From assembly GCA_964355955.1 (NCBI GenBank), contig CAYHFQ010000004.1:1162-65161 (forward strand): a stretch of DNA of 64,000 nucleotides, read 5' to 3'. The translations under genes and the position numbers were made by a program. A model generated the notes under the pieces. That model was not told the DNA's origin. It made no database searches and worked only from the letters and a program-made list of their open reading frames with translations. This DNA comes from an uncultured Gammaproteobacteria bacterium. GTDB taxonomy: Bacteria; Patescibacteriota; Patescibacteriia; UBA9934. Shown here piece after piece: positions 58,049 to 64,000 of the stretch (within the stretch, counting starts at the first letter, position 1; each line of letters opens with the position of its first letter).

Positions 58049-59305
58049 ATGAAAATTAACGATTTAAAAAATAAAAAAGTAGTCATTTTTGGCTACGGTC
58101 GCGAAGGACAGGCGACGCTGGTTGCACTGCGAAATCGAGGGATTGGTCAGATTGTGGTGACGGATGAGAAGACACTTGATGTGCCAGAGTTTGTAGCTGT
58201 TGATGAGGTGACGGTTGATGCGGAGACAGTGGTGATTAAGGCGCCGGGGATTCCGCTGACGAATTCGATGATTGTGAAATGGCGAGAGGCAGGTGCGGTG
58301 ATTACGTCGTCGACCAATATTTTTATAGCGGAGCGAAAGGGGAGAGGGAAGTTGATTGGCGTGACGGGCACGAAGGGTAAGAGTACAACGTCGGCTTTGT
58401 TGGCTCATGTTTTGGTGACGGCTGGGTTGCCGGTTAGACTCGTCGGTAATATTGGTGTGCCGTCGATTAGTGAAGTAGAGGCGACTGATGACACAATTTT
58501 CGTGCTTGAGATGTCGAGCTATCAGCTGGCAGATTTAGAGGTCGCGCCTAATATTGGCATTATTTTGAACTTGTACGAGGAGCATATGGATTGGCACGGA
58601 AGTGTCGACGAATATCAAAAGGCGAAGTTACGTTTGGGGGAGGTGATGACCATGAATGATACGTTGGTTTATAACGCGAAGTTTCCGCGCTTGGCGGAGC
58701 TCGGCGATAAGACGGAGGCTTGGCCGTGTCCGATTGATTTTATTGAAAGGGAAGTTTTACATTCGTTGAAACTGTTGGGGGAGCATAACCGGGAGAATGC
58801 CTGTGCAGTGCTTGAAGTGGCGAAGATTTTGCGAATCGACGAGAATGTGGTGAAAGAAGCGTTCGCTAGTTTTGAGCCGTTGCCGCACAGACTACAAGAA
58901 GTCGGCAAGATTGGTGAGGTGCTATTTGTGAATGACTCGATTTCAACGACGCCTGAGAGTGCTATGGCAGCTATTGAGGTTTACGCGGATAATCCATTGA
59001 CGATAATTCTTGGGGGGCAAGACAGAGGTTATAATTTTACGGAGTTGGCGAAGCGATTAAGTAAAGTCGATAACGTGTTGGCGCTCGTGATGCCGGGAGG
59101 TGAACGAGTGTTTACGGCACTCGAGGAGGCTGGGGTCGCGGCCGAGAGAGTGGCGACGCTTGATGAAGCGGTAGCTAAGTCGTTGGCGCATTTGTCTAAT
59201 GGTGGAGTTTGCTTGTTGTCCCCTGCGTCGCCGAGTTATGGGCAGTTTAAGAATTTTGAGGAGCGGGGGAGGATGTTTGCGGAGGTGGTTAAGAAGATTG
59301 CCTAA
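58049..59305 (+). CDS. murD: UDP-N-acetylmuramoyl-L-alanine--D-glutamate ligase
   Basis: N-terminal Rossmann-like KKVVIFGYGREGQA and Mur ligase P-loop GVTGTKGKSTT. Confidence 0.85.
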   Translation: MKINDLKNKKVVIFGYGREGQATLVALRNRGIGQIVVTDEKTLDVPEFVAVDEVTVDAETVVIKAPGIPLTNSMIVKWREAGAVITSSTNIFIAERKGRGKLIGVTGTKGKSTTSALLAHVLVTAGLPVRLVGNIGVPSISEVEATDDTIFVLEMSSYQLADLEVAPNIGIILNLYEEHMDWHGSVDEYQKAKLRLGEVMTMNDTLVYNAKFPRLAELGDKTEAWPCPIDFIEREVLHSLKLLGEHNRENACAVLEVAKILRIDENVVKEAFASFEPLPHRLQEVGKIGEVLFVNDSISTTPESAMAAIEVYADNPLTIILGGQDRGYNFTELAKRLSKVDNVLALVMPGGERVFTALEEAGVAAERVATLDEAVAKSLAHLSNGGVCLLSPASPSYGQFKNFEERGRMFAEVVKKIA

Positions 59306-59329
59306 GTTGAGCTTTTATCGTAGAATTGA

Positions 59330-60436
59330 ATGACTATGATTTGGACTATTTTGTTGTTTTTACTCATTTTGAGCGTGCTGGTGCTGGGCCATGAGTGGGG
59401 TCATTACTTTGCCGCCAAGAGAATGGGCATGAAGGTGGATGAGTTTGGTTTGGGTTTTCCGCCACGGTTGTGGGCTTGGAAGCGCAAAGATGGCATGGAA
59501 GTTTCGCTGAATATGATTCCGCTTGGCGGATTCGTGAAGATTAAGGGGGAGACCCCAGCAGTAGACGACGGGGTCGTCACTGCGGGGTCCGTTGAAGCAG
59601 ATGACAGCTTTGCGAGTAAGAGTATTCCCCGGAGGTTTGTGGTGTTGGTGGCTGGTGTCGCTATGAACTTGGTGATGGCCTGGGTGATTTTTACGGTTGG
59701 TTTTTGGGTAGGTATTCCAGCGATCACGGACGGTGGCGTGACTGGTGGCACAGTGACGAATGAAGGCGTGACGATTTTTGACGTGATGAAGGACTCGCCA
59801 GGTGCGCAGGCTGGTATGGAAATTGGCGACATGGTGAAGAGTATTGATAATGTGGTTTATACGGAGAGTGACGCGGCAAGATTGGCTTTAGCGCCAGGCA
59901 TGACGCACCAGGTGGTACTTGATCGTAGCGGCAAAGAAGTAAGTGTCGACGTGACCGCGAGTTTGATTGAGAGTTTGGGGCATGAGGCGATTGGGATTGA
60001 ATTGCTGAAGACCGGGACGGTGCGCTTCCCGTGGTACCAGGCACCATGGCGGGGCATGAAGCAGGCGGTGGAAGGTACTGTGGCGATTTTTGCAGCCTTG
60101 GGTGGGTTAATAGCTGGTATTTTTAGCCATAACGGCGTTGGGGCGGCAGTGTCAGGGCCGGTCGGGATTGCGGTGGTAACAGGCCAAGTGGCCAAGATGG
60201 GCTTTGCTCATATTCTACAATTTGCCGCTATGCTTAGCTTAAACTTGGCGGTGCTGAACGTGTTGCCAATTCCGGCACTCGACGGCGGCCGGGTAGGGTT
60301 CTTGTTTATTGAGGCGATTCGACGTAAAAAGGCTAGCGTGCAGTTCGAGAGCACCGTGCATGCCATTGGGTTTGCACTGTTGATGTTGCTGGTTGTTTTT
60401 GTGACGTTTAAGGATATACTGGGACTGGTTCGTTAG
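59330..60436 (+). CDS. rseP: Site-2 protease RseP family zinc metalloprotease (M50) with PDZ domain
   Basis: HEXXH in LGHEWGHYFAAK, a PDZ region, and a C-terminal LDGG motif (ALDGGRVGF). Confidence 0.85.
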   Translation: MTMIWTILLFLLILSVLVLGHEWGHYFAAKRMGMKVDEFGLGFPPRLWAWKRKDGMEVSLNMIPLGGFVKIKGETPAVDDGVVTAGSVEADDSFASKSIPRRFVVLVAGVAMNLVMAWVIFTVGFWVGIPAITDGGVTGGTVTNEGVTIFDVMKDSPGAQAGMEIGDMVKSIDNVVYTESDAARLALAPGMTHQVVLDRSGKEVSVDVTASLIESLGHEAIGIELLKTGTVRFPWYQAPWRGMKQAVEGTVAIFAALGGLIAGIFSHNGVGAAVSGPVGIAVVTGQVAKMGFAHILQFAAMLSLNLAVLNVLPIPALDGGRVGFLFIEAIRRKKASVQFESTVHAIGFALLMLLVVFVTFKDILGLVR

Positions 60437-60446
60437 CTTAAAATTC

Positions 60447-60603
60447 ATCGCTCGCAACCGGCAGGGTAGTCCTTTTCCTAGCTGCGCCTCGTCAACCGTA
60501 ACGGCCGTCTCACCTCGTCTGACTCGGGCGCCGTTACAGGGCCGAGGCTAGCGTCGTCAGAGGGCCACCCCGCCAGTCGCTCGCTCCTACAAGACTCAGG
60601 CTC
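60447..60603 (+). repeat. Family-1 structured intergenic repeat, copy D
   Basis: CATCGCTCGCAACCGG...TTCCTAGCTGCGCCTCGTCAACCGTAACGGCCGTCTCACCTCGTCTGACTCGGGCGCCGTTACAGGGCCGAGGCTAGCGTCGTCAGAGGG...CTACAAGACTCAGG. Confidence 0.8.
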
Positions 60604-60624
60604 TTAAAAGTTTTATCGTGATTT

Positions 60625-61695
60625 ATGGAAAATGAATTAAGACAATTATTAGCGGAGGCGCAAGTGAAGTTAGTGGTGGTGAGTACGCTCGCCGATCTCG
60701 AAGTGGAAAGAATCGAGGTACTGGGCCGGAAGGGCAAGCTTGCCGAATTGTTGAAGGGATTGGCGGCGTTGTCGATTGAAGAGAAGAAAACGGTCGGTAT
60801 GGCTGCGAATGAGGTCAAGATGGGGATTGAAAAAGCGTTTGCGGAGGCAGAGAGTAGGTTGAGCGTGGCAGCGGCTTTGGCAAAGAACGAGAGTGAATGG
60901 CTCGATGTGACGTTGCCGGGGATTGCGCCGGAGGTTGGTCATGCTCATTTGACCACACAGGCGATTGAGGATATTACAAATATTTTTGCGCACTTGGGTT
61001 TTGTGCGGTCGCGGCACCCAGAAGTGGATTGGGATTATTATGCTTTTGAGGCCATGAACATGCCGAGTGACCACCCGGCACGCGATGATTGGGAAACATT
61101 TTTTGTACGAGGACAAAATGGTGAGGTGATGACGGGTGAGAAGGGTAAGGTTTTATTGACGCCGCATACCAGTAACGGTCAGGTACGGGAAATGGAAAAG
61201 GGCGTGTTTCCGATTCGCATGATTAGTATTGGTAAGTGTTTTAGACGCCAGGCTGATGTGCGTCACTTGCCGATGTTCTACCAGTTTGAAGGTTTGGTGA
61301 TTGATAAGAAAGCGAGTGTGACGGAATTGAAAGGCGTGTGTGATTATTTCGCTAAGCATTATTTTGGACCAGATAGGGTAACGCGTTTGCGACCATATCA
61401 TTTTAGGTTTACGGAACCGAGTTTTGAGCTCGACGTTTCCTGCAGTATGTGTGGTGGGAGTGGTTTGGTGGACGGCGTGAAATGTAAGTTGTGTAAGGAA
61501 GGTTGGTTGGAGTTGGGTGGCGCTGGCATGGTGCACCCGAATGTGATTAAAGCAGGGGGCTTGGATCCAGATGAGTACTCGGGATTCGCCTTTGGTTGGG
61601 GCGTTGAACGAACGATGATGATGCGGGCTGGTTTGAATATCGATGACATCCGAATACTCTACAAAAATGATTTACGTTTCATTCGCCAATTCTAG
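60625..61695 (+). CDS. pheS: Phenylalanine--tRNA ligase alpha subunit
   Basis: Class II aaRS motifs including FRFTEPSFELDV and GAGMVHPNV. Confidence 0.9.
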   Translation: MENELRQLLAEAQVKLVVVSTLADLEVERIEVLGRKGKLAELLKGLAALSIEEKKTVGMAANEVKMGIEKAFAEAESRLSVAAALAKNESEWLDVTLPGIAPEVGHAHLTTQAIEDITNIFAHLGFVRSRHPEVDWDYYAFEAMNMPSDHPARDDWETFFVRGQNGEVMTGEKGKVLLTPHTSNGQVREMEKGVFPIRMISIGKCFRRQADVRHLPMFYQFEGLVIDKKASVTELKGVCDYFAKHYFGPDRVTRLRPYHFRFTEPSFELDVSCSMCGGSGLVDGVKCKLCKEGWLELGGAGMVHPNVIKAGGLDPDEYSGFAFGWGVERTMMMRAGLNIDDIRILYKNDLRFIRQF

Positions 61696-61698
61696 TTT

Positions 61699-64000
61699 AT
61701 GAATAATCTTGCGAGCTATAACTGGTTGAAGGAATATTGCGCGACTAATTTGTCGGTGGTAGATTTTGCACGAGAACTGAGTTTACGTTCGATGTCGGTG
61801 GAGAAGATCGACGACGTGGCGGCACGGTTCGATAAGATTGTAGTTGGTTTGGTGAATGAAGTGCGGCCACATCCGAACGCGGATAAGTTGCGTTTGGTGA
61901 CGACTAACATTGGCGCTGAGACGGTGGAGATTGTGTGCGGTGGCGTCAACGTGGTGACCGGCATGAAGGTGTGTGTAGCGATGCCTGGCAGCCGTGTGCG
62001 GTGGCATGGTGAAGGTGATTATATTACGCTCGGCGAGAGTGAGATTCGCGGTGTGAAGAGTATTGGCATGATTTGTGGGGCGGGCGAGGTGGGCTTTCCA
62101 GATTTAGAAAAAGGTGACAAAGAGATTTGGGATTTAAGTTTTATTAAGGCGCCAGCCGGGACTAATTTGGCGGTGGCGTTGGAACTTGAGGACACGGTGT
62201 TTGATATTGAAGTGACGACCAATCGCCCAGACGTGATGGGTATTATTGGTTTGGCACGTGAGGCGGCGGTAGCGGTCGGCGGTAAATTTAGCGATAAGAA
62301 GCCGGCGACGATTGTGCCTGGAACGAGCATTCCGTTTACAGTAAAGATTGAGGACGTGGCGCGTTGTGCCCGGCAAATGGCGGTAGTGATTGATGACGTG
62401 ACCGTGGCCGAGTCGCCGTGGTGGTTGCAGAAGCGTTTATTGTTGGCTGGAGTGCGACCGATAAATAACATTGTCGACGTGACGAATTATGTGTTGCTTG
62501 AGTACGCTCAGCCGCTCCATGCTTTTGATTATAAAAAGATTGAGGGTAGTGAGATTATTGTGCGGGCTGGTAAGACAGGTGAAAAGATTAAGGCATTGAA
62601 TGGCAAAGAGTACGCTCTTGATGGTCATATTGTGTTGGCCGACGCTGTGAAGCCGCTAGACATTGCTGGCATTATGGGTGGTGACGAGACTGGGACAACT
62701 GTGGCAACTAAGACTATTGTACTGTCAGCGTCGACCTTTGATGGTACGGTGATTAGGCGGACGGCGCGAGCTTTGAATTTGCAGAGTGATGCACAGTTAT
62801 TGTTTGAGAAAGGCTTGTCGACGGAAGCACTACCGATGGCTTTAGCGCGAGCTGTTGAACTTATCTTGCAGACGGCAGGTGGTACGGTGGCGAGTGCGGT
62901 TTGTGATACGAGGGTGAAAGAATATGCGGCGTTGGTTTTTCCATTCCGCCCAGTTATGGCGCGACAAAGAATTGGCGTAGAGATTGCGGATGAGAGAATG
63001 GAAAAGATTTTAGCTGAGCTGGGTTTTGGCGTCGACCGCACTGCGGAAGTGTGGCAGGTGACGGTACCGTTTTGGCGCGACCATGACATTGAGGCGGAGG
63101 TCGACTTGGGCGAGGAGATTGCTAGAATGTATGGCTACCACTTGATGACGGGCGTATTGCCAGCTGGGAGCCCACCAACTACGCAGGAACCGGTGGCGAT
63201 TACTTGGGAGAGATTCACTAAGAAATTGTTGATGACAGCAGGATACGACGAGTTCTTCAGTTACTCGTTTACGAACGCGGAAGATATTGCGAAGTATGGC
63301 GATGACGCGTCGACGGCTTATGCGATTCTTAATCCTTTAGTTTCTGAACAGAGCCACTTGCGTGTCAGCTTGATGCCGGGCATTTTGCGGGCGATTGAGG
63401 GTAATCAGGGGCATACGCGAGCCGCCAAATTCTTCGAGTTGTCGAGAGTGTATTTGCCACGGACTAACGATTTGCCAGACGAAGCGACGCAGTTAGTGTT
63501 CGGCGAGTATGGCTATACTGATGCCGAAAGTGTGTTCCGAAAGTTGCGCGGGACGCTTGAGATGCTGACTGGCAAGACTGGGCTTGAAATGAAATTAGTC
63601 AGAGAAGATATTAGTGATAAATGGCACGCGACGAGAAGTGCTAATATCGTCATCGGCGAAAAGGTAGTTGGCACGATTGGTGAGGTGGCCGAGAAGATTC
63701 AGCAGAGTTTTGGCGTCGACCTGCGCGTGTTCGTGGTGACGCTGGAGATTGAAAAGTTATTCGAGTTCATGAAGCTGACGCACCGTTATGCTCCAAGTAG
63801 CGAGTTCCCGGCGATTACGCGCGATTTGTCCGTAGTAGTGGCAGAACGTGTGGAGTTTGCGGCGTTGGCGAATGAGTTGAAAAATGATTTGTTGACGGCG
63901 ATTGCTTTGGCTGATGTTTATCGTGGTAAGGGGGTTGAGGCGGGGCAGAAGAGTTTGACGTTGTCGCTAACGCTCCAGGCACCAGACAAGACTTTGACGG
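61699..64000 (+). CDS. pheT: Phenylalanine--tRNA ligase beta subunit (3' end outside window)
   Basis: Translated by hand from the ATG at 61699: MNNLASYNWLKEYCATNLS...VNEVRPHPNADKLRLVTTNIGAETVEIVCGG is the tRNA-binding domain, and the later B3/4 and B5 regions follow. The frame stays open to the window end. Confidence 0.85.
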   Translation, partial: MNNLASYNWLKEYCATNLSVVDFARELSLRSMSVEKIDDVAARFDKIVVGLVNEVRPHPNADKLRLVTTNIGAETVEIVCGGVNVVTGMKVCVAMPGSRVRWHGEGDYITLGESEIRGVKSIGMICGAGEVGFPDLEKGDKEIWDLSFIKAPAGTNLAVALELEDTVFDIEVTTNRPDVMGIIGLAREAAVAVGGKFSDKKPATIVPGTSIPFTVKIEDVARCARQMAVVIDDVTVAESPWWLQKRLLLAGVRPINNIVDVTNYVLLEYAQPLHAFDYKKIEGSEIIVRAGKTGEKIKALNGKEYALDGHIVLADAVKPLDIAGIMGGDETGTTVATKTIVLSASTFDGTVIRRTARALNLQSDAQLLFEKGLSTEALPMALARAVELILQTAGGTVASAVCDTRVKEYAALVFPFRPVMARQRIGVEIADERMEKILAELGFGVDRTAEVWQVTVPFWRDHDIEAEVDLGEEIARMYGYHLMTGVLPAGSPPTTQEPVAITWERFTKKLLMTAGYDEFFSYSFTNAEDIAKYGDDASTAYAILNPLVSEQSHLRVSLMPGILRAIEGNQGHTRAAKFFELSRVYLPRTNDLPDEATQLVFGEYGYTDAESVFRKLRGTLEMLTGKTGLEMKLVREDISDKWHATRSANIVIGEKVVGTIGEVAEKIQQSFGVDLRVFVVTLEIEKLFEFMKLTHRYAPSSEFPAITRDLSVVVAERVEFAALANELKNDLLTAIALADVYRGKGVEAGQKSLTLSLTLQAPDKTLT

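Overview
This window has moderate GC (~47-48%) and is gene-dense with mostly short intergenic gaps. Many genes lack a clear Shine-Dalgarno sequence, and the window also holds one 3158-aa cysteine-rich giant protein and a minimal type-IV-secretion-like module. Together these features are most consistent with a reduced-genome, Gram-positive-type Patescibacteria/CPR-like bacterium. That assignment is inference with low confidence.

On the + strand from the start of the window I call:
- A partial nusA 3' end and yidC.
- An envelope-glycan group: a UPF0104-like membrane protein, a hypothetical protein, and a Wzy_C/O-antigen-ligase-like protein.
- groES-groEL with a CIRCE operator, prfB, two NAD-dependent epimerases, tsaC and rsmA/ksgA.
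- A small TSP3-repeat protein followed by the giant surface protein.

Next comes a compositionally mosaic island:
- Two ~60% GC genes, a lipoprotein and a secreted M23 peptidase, flank an AT-rich divergent CYTH/HD pair.
- A type-IV-secretion-like module follows: a VirB6-like polytopic protein, an acidic repeat protein, a VirB3-like protein, and a VirB4-family ATPase split by one in-frame TAG.
- The module ends with a bitopic protein bracketed by MITE-like repeats, and comF.

Downstream I find:
- Three tRNAs: Ser-TGA, Arg read as GCG, and Ser-GCT.
- folK-folP, several hypothetical proteins, a SAM-dependent methyltransferase, and recG convergent with radA.
- A minus-strand operon running clpC-like, membrane protein, TolB-like, DsbA-like, a pilin-like/M15-like protein, then radA.
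- htpX-lemA, a phosphohexomutase, a QueC-like PP-loop protein, murD, rseP, pheS and partial pheT.

I also found two families of intergenic repeats. Family 1 is a ~150-bp GC-rich structured element with compensatory stem changes (4 copies plus 1 degenerate). Family 2 is a ~115-bp MITE-like element with imperfect terminal inverted repeats (3 copies). I see no CRISPR array and no rRNA. The ORF track uses alternative start codons, so several starts were re-evaluated by eye.
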